Source: Armatimonadota bacterium (GTDB taxonomy: Bacteria > Armatimonadota > UBA5829 > DSUL01). From it: a DNA stretch of 64,000 nt. The position numbers were made by a program, and so were the translations under genes. Under the pieces are notes generated by a model. The model did not search any database. It was given only the letters and a program-made list of their open reading frames with translations, and was not told the origin of the DNA. The stretch covers positions 72,057 through 136,056 of the forward strand of contig JBDHZC010000005.1 in the NCBI GenBank assembly GCA_039811685.1. The letters are read 5' to 3'. Positions 56,139 to 64,000 of the stretch are shown here, piece after piece (within the stretch, counting starts at the first letter, position 1; every line of letters begins with the position of its first letter).

Positions 56139-56747
56139 ATGAGGTTTTTTTGGGCGTTGGCGCTGTGTGCTGCGGCGATGTGTTCGCAGAGCGCCCGAAT
56201 AGATGCGGCTGCGATCATTCTGAATTTCGACGACCTGAGCGTTGGAGAGCCCGTGCCTGACGGCTACATGGGAATCACGTTCGATCTCGGGCAGATGGGC
56301 TTTGAGGGTCGCACAGGCCGAGCGATAGTGGCGGATGAGTCCACTGGCGCCAGGCCCGGCACACCGCCAAACTGCATAATCAACGAGTGGGGAGTCAGAC
56401 AGCTCGACTTCACCGCCTCATCCGGACGGTTCAACTTCTATGGAGCAGTTGTGGCGAGCTATGGCAAAGTAGCCAGCCTGCAGGCGCCAATGATAGGCTT
56501 TGTCGGGTTCAGAGACGGCAAAACTGAGTACCTGAGTCCCGGCTTCATCATCACGGACAAGCCCGGAATCGCCAGCGTCAGCTTTTTGGATGTGGATATG
56601 GTGGAGATTGTCGCCGCCAATGGAGCCACCGGCGACTGCGGGTGGTACAGTCTGGACCACCTGATGTACGAACCCGTTCCGGAACCCTCGTCTCTGATGG
56701 TTCTGGGTGCGCCGCTGATGATCTTGCTTGTGCGCAAGCGAACCTGA
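56139..56747 (+). CDS. PEP-CTERM sorting-domain protein
   Basis: ATG 56139. Signal peptide, then C-terminal VPEPSSLMVLGAPLMILLVRKRT. Confidence 0.6.
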   Translation: MRFFWALALCAAAMCSQSARIDAAAIILNFDDLSVGEPVPDGYMGITFDLGQMGFEGRTGRAIVADESTGARPGTPPNCIINEWGVRQLDFTASSGRFNFYGAVVASYGKVASLQAPMIGFVGFRDGKTEYLSPGFIITDKPGIASVSFLDVDMVEIVAANGATGDCGWYSLDHLMYEPVPEPSSLMVLGAPLMILLVRKRT

Positions 56748-56779
56748 GCCAGGACAGCTCCCAGAGTGACTCCGGAGCG

Positions 56780-57964
56780 CTAGTGCCGCCGCGTGCGCTG
56801 CGACGCCCCTCGATCCTGCGGATAATCTTCGTGGTGTGATGCTTCGCCCTTCAGGTTTGCGAAGATCATCTTGCCTGCCACTGTCTGCCACACACTTGCC
56901 ACCTGCACATCCACGCGCTCTCCAATGTGGCGGCGCGCGTTCTCGATGACAACCATTGTGCCGTCATCCAGATACGCCACGCCCTGGTGCGGCTCTTTCC
57001 CCTCCCGGATCACCGTGACGCTCATCTCCTCACCGGGCAGTACAACAGGCTTCAGAGAGTTGGCCAGCTCGTTTACATTCAGCACTGTCACCCCCTGTAA
57101 CTCCGCCACCTTGTTCAGGTTGAAGTCATTAGTGATGATAGCCGCGTCAAGCTGCTGCGCGACAGCCACGAGCTTGGCGTCCACCTGATCGGGCAACGGA
57201 CTTCCATCGTGGTCGTACGTGCTGACTTTCATCCCCAGCTCCTTGCGCATCTGGTTGAGGATGTCCAGACCACGCCGCCCACGGGCGCGCTTCAGCGCGT
57301 CGCTGGAGTCAGCTATGTGCTGAAGCTCATCCAGCACGAAGCGAGGAATGAACACGGGGCCTTCGACAAAACCTGTGCGACAGATATCCAGAATTCGCCC
57401 GTCAATGATTACATTCGTGTCAACGAGTTTCGGTTGCTGGCGTGGGATCTCCGGCTCGGGAGCCGCGCTGCCGGGTCCGGCGAAAAAGAACCCGAGCTGC
57501 TCTTTGATGCTGGTAGTGGCGGTGATGCTCAGATAACACAGAATCAACGCGATGATGATGGCCAGCCATGTAGGAATCCGAAAGCTCACTGTCAGCAACA
57601 GTGTGAGCAGAAGCCCGAACACCAGCCCCAGAAACAGCGCCATGACCTCGCGCGCGGACATGTGCTGCAAAGCCCGCCGCATCTGCATAATCCAGCGGTA
57701 CACGGCAGAGCTGACCAGAAACGCTGTGAGCGCGCCAGCCACCATAAATCCAATATAGGCAAGGAACTTCGCGGTCTCGGACGGCGCGGAACCGGCCTGA
57801 AACGCCTTCAACCAGTCAGGTGGATCGACGAGGATAGAGATGTAAACCTGCGCGGCAATTGCGCCTGTCACCACTCCGGCGACAAGAAATATAAGCGTCA
57901 GGATAGCCCTGAGCGAGCGATTTTCTTCAAACTGCGGCTGTTGATGCTTGACCGGAAGCTTCAT
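56780..57964 (-). CDS. Membrane-anchored PIN-domain plus TRAM-domain protein (YacL-like)
   Basis: Four N-terminal TM helices, PIN (LVDTNVIIDGR…), and C-terminal TRAM-like beta region. Confidence 0.55.
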   Translation of the reverse strand: MKLPVKHQQPQFEENRSLRAILTLIFLVAGVVTGAIAAQVYISILVDPPDWLKAFQAGSAPSETAKFLAYIGFMVAGALTAFLVSSAVYRWIMQMRRALQHMSAREVMALFLGLVFGLLLTLLLTVSFRIPTWLAIIIALILCYLSITATTSIKEQLGFFFAGPGSAAPEPEIPRQQPKLVDTNVIIDGRILDICRTGFVEGPVFIPRFVLDELQHIADSSDALKRARGRRGLDILNQMRKELGMKVSTYDHDGSPLPDQVDAKLVAVAQQLDAAIITNDFNLNKVAELQGVTVLNVNELANSLKPVVLPGEEMSVTVIREGKEPHQGVAYLDDGTMVVIENARRHIGERVDVQVASVWQTVAGKMIFANLKGEASHHEDYPQDRGASQRTRRH

Positions 57965-58336
57965 GTTGCTTGCCTGACTGCCCCTACGACGTATGCCTGG
58001 CACGGGAGCGTTGCCTGCTGCGCAGTGCAATCAGGTCTTGCCAAGACGCGCGAGCAGCCATAGAAATTGTCGGTATTTCCCGACACGATTCACCCCCAAG
58101 AAAGCAAAGCCGACCCGTCCGATGTCTCCCGAAGCAACTTACGCCGCCCACCGTTTCGAAAAAGCGACGCGTCAGCAACGGTAAGAGCCAGTATCACTGT
58201 AAAGCCTGCCGCACGCTTTGTCAAACATTCAATGCCGGGCGAGACGGCACACCAGCCCACACGCGCTCACGCCCTGCACGCACCACTCACAAAACAGGAC
58301 GCGTCACTCCTGCTCTGTTCGATTCGCCCCGTTCCG

Positions 58337-58804
58337 CTACAAACGCCCTTCCTCAGCATCCAGCAACTGGAACCATGTGCGGACATTGTAGCGCTTGGGC
58401 GCTATCTCACGGCGCGACTGCTCGAAATAGGCTTTGGCTTCTGCGCCTTCGGGCTCACGGCCGCGCTGATCGTAGCTCCAGGCCAGGACATCTTCTTCTG
58501 AGTTGCGCTTGTCGTGCTCCTTCACCCACTGTCCGATCTCCTCGTCCGTTGCGCCCGAAGCGATGAACGCCTTTATCTCTTCTGCGTCAATTCCCGTAAA
58601 CTCAAAGAAACGCTGATCGAGCGGGCAGTTGAACAGGTACTCGCCGTTTCTACCCGCCAGCGTTGCGCGGCATTTGTCTATCAGTCGCGCCAGCAGCACA
58701 TACCCAGCAATCTCTTTGTTAGGCGATCGTGGAAACTCTCTGGTCAGGTCGCGGACTTTCGGAAGATGCGAAACTCCCGGCGCGGGTGTGCTTGTCGTAC
58801 TCAA
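58337..58804 (-). CDS. Hypothetical protein (DUF5069-like)
   Basis: 155-aa ORF. Family assignment from memory only. Confidence 0.3.
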   Translation of the reverse strand: MSTTSTPAPGVSHLPKVRDLTREFPRSPNKEIAGYVLLARLIDKCRATLAGRNGEYLFNCPLDQRFFEFTGIDAEEIKAFIASGATDEEIGQWVKEHDKRNSEEDVLAWSYDQRGREPEGAEAKAYFEQSRREIAPKRYNVRTWFQLLDAEEGRL

Positions 58805-58883
58805 TTATCAGACCTCCGTTTGTGCGAAAAGAGCCGCAGCTCCGTAATAAAGAATACCCGACTCCAGCGGATTCGTCGGCGCT

Positions 58884-60014
58884 TCAGGAAGACGCATGCC
58901 CCTGTGGAAGCAGAGCCTGCACCTGAGCGATCTTTTCTACAAGGCTGGCGTGGTCAGGGGCAAGAACGGTAATGTGACCGATCTTGCGGCCGGGTCTGGG
59001 AGCTTTGCCATAGAGATGCACATGAGCGCCCGGGAGCCTCAGCAATGCCTCCACATCCGGCAGGTGCCCCACGATGTTTACCATCGCCGAGGACATGTGT
59101 GCGTGCGTTGAACCGAGCGCCAGCCCGCATATAGCCCGCACATGGTTTTCAAACTGACTGCACACCGCGCCTTCAATAGTCCAGTGTCCGGAATTGTGAA
59201 CGCGCGGCGCCATTTCATTGACCAGAAGCCGGTTGCCCTGCTGAAACAGCTCGATAGCCAGCACTCCAACATAATCTAGCGCTTCCAGTGTCATCAACGC
59301 CAGCTTCTCAGCCTGTCGCTGAAGCGCCTGAGAGATATCCGGAGCAGGCGCAATGGAAAGCCGCAGAATCCCGGCTCTGTGGTGATTTTCAATCAGTGGA
59401 TACACAGCAGTCTCGCCAGACCGGCTGCGTACAGCCACCACGGAGAGCTCACGGTCGAACCTAACGTGCGCCTCAGCGATCATGGGACCTTCCAGCGGAC
59501 GGGAACAGGCACGCTTTACGTCTTCGCTGGATCGCAGAACGCTCTGACCTTTGCCGTCGTATCCGAAGCGCCGGGTCTTTAGAACAAAGGGCAGGCCCAG
59601 GTCTTTCTCCGCCTCCACCAGTTCCTCAGCAGACGTCACTCCAGCGAACAGTGGAACATCTGCGCCCAGGCTGCGGAAGAAGGTTTTCTCGCGCAGGCGG
59701 TCCTGAGATACACGCAGCGCCTCCGGCGACGGAAAGACAGGCAGACGCTCCTGCAGAAACGCCGCCGAGGAATCCGGCACATTCTCGAACTCAAAAGTGG
59801 CGACATCCAGTCCCTCAGCAAAGCGCTCCAGGGCGCCTGTGCCGTCGTAGGCGCCGACAACCAGATTCCCCGTCTGCCCTGCGCCCGCTCCGGCATTTGG
59901 GTCCAGGAAGCGGAACTCCATCCCCAGCGGAATGCCACCAAGCGCCAGCATACGCCCAAGCTGCCCTCCGCCAAGCACACCTACTTTCATCTGTGAGAAT
60001 TCAGGACCAGACAC
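58884..60014 (-). CDS. purK: N5-carboxyaminoimidazole ribonucleotide synthase
   Basis: ATP-grasp, VGVLGGGQLGRM N-terminus. Confidence 0.85.
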   Translation of the reverse strand: MSGPEFSQMKVGVLGGGQLGRMLALGGIPLGMEFRFLDPNAGAGAGQTGNLVVGAYDGTGALERFAEGLDVATFEFENVPDSSAAFLQERLPVFPSPEALRVSQDRLREKTFFRSLGADVPLFAGVTSAEELVEAEKDLGLPFVLKTRRFGYDGKGQSVLRSSEDVKRACSRPLEGPMIAEAHVRFDRELSVVAVRSRSGETAVYPLIENHHRAGILRLSIAPAPDISQALQRQAEKLALMTLEALDYVGVLAIELFQQGNRLLVNEMAPRVHNSGHWTIEGAVCSQFENHVRAICGLALGSTHAHMSSAMVNIVGHLPDVEALLRLPGAHVHLYGKAPRPGRKIGHITVLAPDHASLVEKIAQVQALLPQGHASS

Positions 60015-60050
60015 AGAAGTTCTCCTACAGTTGAAGTTCGCTGCCGGAAA

Positions 60051-60572
60051 TCACTGCTTTCGGGGATCGGGGGCGTCCAGCACAGACTGAGTTTGACGAG
60101 TTCGAAAGGCTTCGACGGCAGAGCGGATTTCCGGGCGGTCTAACCCGACAATAGAGGCGGCCAGAAGCGCCGCGTTGATAGCTCCCGATCGTCCAATCGC
60201 CAGTGTGCCCACAGGTACTCCAGCCGGCATCTGCACGATGGAGAGAAGCGAATCCATGCCGTTCAGCGCTTTGCTCTGTACTGGAACCCCCAGCACTGGC
60301 AACACAGTTTTGGAAGCTGTCATACCGGGAAGGTGAGCCGCCCCTCCCGCGCCGGCGATAATGACGCGAAGCCCGCGTCCCTGTGCGGAGCTGGCGTACT
60401 CAAACAGAAGGTCGGGTGTGCGGTGAGCAGAGACCACGCGCACTTCGTGCGGCACCCCAAGCTCTTCCAAAGTGCGCGCGGCGTGCTCCATCGTCTCCCA
60501 GTCAGACTTCGATCCCATAATGATTCCGACAAGCGGCTGATTTTTGTCCATGGCACTCACCAGAGTCAGCAT
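60051..60572 (-). CDS. purE: N5-carboxyaminoimidazole ribonucleotide mutase
   Basis: [11 protein letters not shown]…[10 protein letters not shown] signature. Confidence 0.9.
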   Translation of the reverse strand: MLTLVSAMDKNQPLVGIIMGSKSDWETMEHAARTLEELGVPHEVRVVSAHRTPDLLFEYASSAQGRGLRVIIAGAGGAAHLPGMTASKTVLPVLGVPVQSKALNGMDSLLSIVQMPAGVPVGTLAIGRSGAINAALLAASIVGLDRPEIRSAVEAFRTRQTQSVLDAPDPRKQ

Positions 60573-60627
60573 AACTCAAACGCCAGCCGCCACGCCACAG
60601 CCGCCTGCCGGAACCCGGATTCAGAGA

Positions 60628-62598
60628 TCAACCCTCTTCTTCGTAGCGCTCCCGCAGGCTCTGAACCACGCCTGGATCGGCCAGAGTCGTAGTATCTCCG
60701 AGAGCCCGGCCTTCGGCGATGTCTCGCAGCAGGCGGCGCATAATCTTGCCGGAGCGTGTCTTTGGAAGCTCCGCCGTAAAGATGATGTCGTCCGGGCGGC
60801 AGATTGCGCCGATCTTCTTGACCACGTGCTCCTTCAGGTCGTCAGCCATCTCCGAGTTGCCTGCTCGAGAACCCTTGAGCGTCACAAACGCAGAAATCGC
60901 CTGCCCTTTCAAGTCGTGATGCTTGCCGATAACCGCCGCTTCTGCGACAGCCGGATGATCCACCAGCGCGCTTTCCACTTCCATCGTGCTGATGCGATGT
61001 CCAGCCACATTCATGACGTCGTCCACGCGTCCCAGCAGCCAGAAGTAGCCATCTTCATCACGCTTTGCGCCGTCTCCAGTGAAGTAGATACCGGGGTACT
61101 TCGACCAGTAAACGTCTTTGAAGCGCTGCGGGTCGCCGTAGAGCCCCCGCGTCATACCCGGCCACGGATGAGTCATCACCAGATAGCCTCCACCGCCCAG
61201 CGGTACGGAGTTGCCTTTCTCATCCAGTACGTCTACCAGAATTCCCGGAAGCGGCCGCGTCGCGGACCCGGGCTTAGTGGGAGTGATGCCAGGCAGTGGG
61301 CTGATCATAATGTGACCGGTCTCCGTCTGCCACCATGTGTCCACCACCGGACATCTGCCCTCGCCGATATACTGCTGGTACCACATCCAGGCTTCAGGGT
61401 TAATAGGCTCTCCCACCGAACCCAGCAGGCGCAAAGAGCTGAGATCGTGCTTCTGAGCGTACTCCGGCCCCCACTTCATAAACGCGCGGATGGCGGTGGG
61501 CGCCGTGTAGAAGATCGTTACACCGTACTTCTCGCAGATACTCCAGAAGCGGTCTTTGTCTGGAAAGTCAGGCGCGCCCTCGTACATGACGATAGTCGCC
61601 CCGTTAGCCAGAGGGCCGTACACGGTGTAGCTGTGTCCGGTCACCCATCCGCAGTCCGCAGTGCACCAGTAGACATCGTCGTCCTTGAGGTCAAAGACCC
61701 ATTTCGTAGTGGCATAGCAGCCTGCCAGATAGCCGCCTGTGGTGTGCACAATCCCTTTGGGCTTGCCCGTGCTGCCTGAGGTGTAGAGGACATAAAGCAT
61801 ATCCTCAGAGTCCATCTCCTCACACTCGGACTTGCCGGAGACATCCTCCGCCACGCGGTGCCACCAGTGGTCGCGCATTTCGTGCATGCGGGTGAAAGTC
61901 TCGTCCGTCAGCCCATGCCCCAGACGCCGCACCACGACGACACCCTCAACGGACGGGCAGTTCACGAGAGCTTCGTCCACATTGCGTTTCAGAGGGATGA
62001 CCGTTCCGCGGCGGTAGCCGCCGTCAGCCGTAATCACCAGGCGGCACTCAGAGTCATTGATTCTGTCCTGAAGAGACTCTGCGGAAAAGCCGCCAAACAC
62101 CACAGAGTGGATGGCGCCAATGCGCGCGCAGGCCAGCATGGCAATTGCCAGCTCAGGCACCATGGGCATGTAAATGCAGACGCGATCGCCCTTTTTGATC
62201 CCGAAGTGCTCTGTTAGCACGCTGGCGAAACGGCGGACTTCGCGGTAAAGGTCCCAGTAGGTCAGAGTCCGCGTCTCGCCGTTTTCACCCTCCCAGATGA
62301 TAGCGGCCTTGTTACGGCGCGGGGTTGAAATATGGCGATCCACGCAGTTGTAGCAAGCGTTGATCTTGCCACCAGCGAACCATTGGGCGTCCGGCGCCTT
62401 CCACTCAAGCGCCTTGTCCCACGGCTTGAACCAGTGCAGCTCGCGGGCGGCCTCCGCCCAGAAGGCGACAGGATCCTTGGCCGCCACATCGTAGATGGCG
62501 GGGTCGTTTAGAATCGCGGTGGAGGCAAACTCCGCCGAGGGTGAAAAGCTGCGGTTCTCCTGCAGCAGGGCTTCTATTGCCCGGATTTCTACTGCCAC
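60628..62598 (-). CDS. acs: Acetyl-coenzyme A synthetase
   Basis: AMP-binding motif [11 protein letters not shown] and full-length Acs similarity. Confidence 0.9.
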   Translation of the reverse strand: MAVEIRAIEALLQENRSFSPSAEFASTAILNDPAIYDVAAKDPVAFWAEAARELHWFKPWDKALEWKAPDAQWFAGGKINACYNCVDRHISTPRRNKAAIIWEGENGETRTLTYWDLYREVRRFASVLTEHFGIKKGDRVCIYMPMVPELAIAMLACARIGAIHSVVFGGFSAESLQDRINDSECRLVITADGGYRRGTVIPLKRNVDEALVNCPSVEGVVVVRRLGHGLTDETFTRMHEMRDHWWHRVAEDVSGKSECEEMDSEDMLYVLYTSGSTGKPKGIVHTTGGYLAGCYATTKWVFDLKDDDVYWCTADCGWVTGHSYTVYGPLANGATIVMYEGAPDFPDKDRFWSICEKYGVTIFYTAPTAIRAFMKWGPEYAQKHDLSSLRLLGSVGEPINPEAWMWYQQYIGEGRCPVVDTWWQTETGHIMISPLPGITPTKPGSATRPLPGILVDVLDEKGNSVPLGGGGYLVMTHPWPGMTRGLYGDPQRFKDVYWSKYPGIYFTGDGAKRDEDGYFWLLGRVDDVMNVAGHRISTMEVESALVDHPAVAEAAVIGKHHDLKGQAISAFVTLKGSRAGNSEMADDLKEHVVKKIGAICRPDDIIFTAELPKTRSGKIMRRLLRDIAEGRALGDTTTLADPGVVQSLRERYEEEG

Positions 62599-62733
62599 GT
62601 TATCCTCCTCTTCGCTGAGAGAACACTCGGTTATCTGTTGTCTGAAAAGTCTCTCGCGTGCGCTTCTGTATGTTAAAACGAGCCGTCAAGCGCTCACTGC
62701 GGCAAAAAGCCCCTCAGCGTCGGTCTCCGGGGC

Positions 62734-63297
62734 TTATTTGATCCATTTCGCCACTTCTTTGAACTCTGGAGTTCCGGCCTTACGCAACCACTCGAAGACA
62801 ATGCTCTCGACCGTAGAAACGGTTGCGCCGACGTTTCTCAAGCGCTCCAGCCCATACCGATAGTTGAATTCTGAGCGTGAGCTGATAGCATCCGAAGCGA
62901 GATGTACAACGTACCCATCATCCAGCAGATCGTGCGCGGTCTGGTTGATGCAAACATGTGTCTCAAGGCCGGCCAGGATGACCTGGCTGCGACCTCGGAG
63001 TCCTTCGAGCGCGGCGCGGAAGTGCGAGTTCCCCATACAGCTAAAGCACATTTTATCGACAGACGCGATATCTGGCAAAAGCTCGGTGAAGCGCTCATCC
63101 AGCGCGCCCAGCTTTTCTGCGTACTGCGTGGTCGCAATGACAGGGACTCTCAAAATAGCGGCGCAGGCCAGCAGCCTGCGGGCATTGTCAATGATCCGCT
63201 CCTTCTCAAACATGACGTTGAGCAGGGCAGGCTGGAGATCAACAGCGACAACGACGCTGCGTCCCGCCTCCACCAGATGCGCATCCGCTAGTCCCAT
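62734..63297 (-). CDS. Isochorismatase-family hydrolase
   Basis: VVAVDLQ…catalytic Cys (THVCI) pattern. Confidence 0.6.
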   Translation of the reverse strand: MGLADAHLVEAGRSVVVAVDLQPALLNVMFEKERIIDNARRLLACAAILRVPVIATTQYAEKLGALDERFTELLPDIASVDKMCFSCMGNSHFRAALEGLRGRSQVILAGLETHVCINQTAHDLLDDGYVVHLASDAISSRSEFNYRYGLERLRNVGATVSTVESIVFEWLRKAGTPEFKEVAKWIK

Positions 63298-63367
63298 CCG
63301 CTACTGTCCTCCGACTTTCCGTGCTCCCGCTTGCGCAGCACCCGGCATCTGCAGGTGACGCCGGGCA

Positions 63368-63862
63368 TTAGTCGCCCGGATCGTAGTATCCAGTCTCCTC
63401 AATCGCATAGGTCTTGAAGCCCGGCTTGAGAAACAGTTTATTCTTCCCGGGATACGACACAACGTCCGCTGGCTGATTGTCCGCAATAATATAATACAGC
63501 AGATCTTCGTCGCCGGTGTTGGTCATGTTGTGCGCGACGCCAGGCGGAATGATGAAGCAGTCTCCCGCAGACACTTCGCTGGTCTCCTCACCTTCGCGCA
63601 CCATCCCACGCCCGGCCAGAATAATGTAAAACTCGTACTGCGCGGCGTGAGAATGCAGTGGCCAGTTAGTCTTTCCGGGCGCGAGCCGCGAAAGCTCAAC
63701 GTCAAAGGGGTGGCCACCGCCCCAAGGGCCCACATGGCGCGGACAGCCGAGCTCAACAGAGAGCTCTCTGCGTCCCAGTTCGTACGTCCCGTTTGGTGAT
63801 CTGCGCTGAGTCCACTCTATGTCGTTGTAGTTGACCTTCTTCATAGCGCCCTCAGACAGCAC
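63368..63862 (-). CDS. Cupin-domain protein
   Basis: Cupin motifs (PLHSH…, G.CF.IPPGVAH). Confidence 0.55.
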   Translation of the reverse strand: MLSEGAMKKVNYNDIEWTQRRSPNGTYELGRRELSVELGCPRHVGPWGGGHPFDVELSRLAPGKTNWPLHSHAAQYEFYIILAGRGMVREGEETSEVSAGDCFIIPPGVAHNMTNTGDEDLLYYIIADNQPADVVSYPGKNKLFLKPGFKTYAIEETGYYDPGD

Positions 63863-63893
63863 GTCTGCCCCTCAGTCCGCTGACGAAGGGAGA

Positions 63894-64000
63894 TTACAGT
63901 CTGGCGATGATGGCGTCTGCCATCTCGGAGGTTCCCACAGCAGACGGATCGTCCCGGTTTGGCTTCATGTCGTAAGTGACGCTCTTGCCTTCCGCGATAA
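63894..64000 (-). CDS. icd: Isocitrate dehydrogenase (NADP), C-terminal fragment (gene continues beyond window)
   Basis: …TYDMKPN…[13 protein letters not shown] resembles the Icd C-terminus. Confidence 0.45.
   Translation of the reverse strand, partial: IAEGKSVTYDMKPNRDDPSAVGTSEMADAIIARL

Overview
High-GC (about 62-65%) bacterial chromosomal segment. A DUF1559-type prepilin-like protein, several PEP-CTERM proteins and Tat-signal Gfo/Idh/MocA oxidoreductases suggest a Planctomycetota/Verrucomicrobiota/Armatimonadota-like organism; this lineage call is inference only. Most of the window is ordinary housekeeping or envelope biosynthesis: rex plus a heme-motif sensor kinase, a ~9.5 kb polysaccharide cluster with at least six glycosyltransferases, heptose/Kdo genes (split hldE, kdsB), a phosphomannomutase, serS, pepA, ruvA, purEK, acs, and an ABC exporter with a DUF1854 partner. 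The unusual part is the first ~9.7 kb, which is built from reiterated modules. Module 1 is a ~105-nt structured element ('E') present in six copies; each copy ends in a Shine-Dalgarno-ATG-stop minimal uORF and contains a hairpin with a compensatory base-pair change. Module 2 is a ~58-aa Trp-rich small ORF ('W-module') found free-standing, pseudogenised and fused to the C-terminus of a HEAT-repeat protein. Module 3 is a mosaic paralogous family of secreted or lipoproteins ('P-family'), including a recent 1.1 kb duplication and one copy with an in-frame stop. Module 4 is a set of small peptides directly downstream of E, including a conserved 4-Cys peptide family translationally coupled to two signal-peptide HEAT-repeat proteins. 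No CRISPR array, integrase, transposase or reverse transcriptase was found. The repeat architecture is therefore unexplained by known mobile-element types and is the main candidate for an undescribed regulatory or gene-conversion system.
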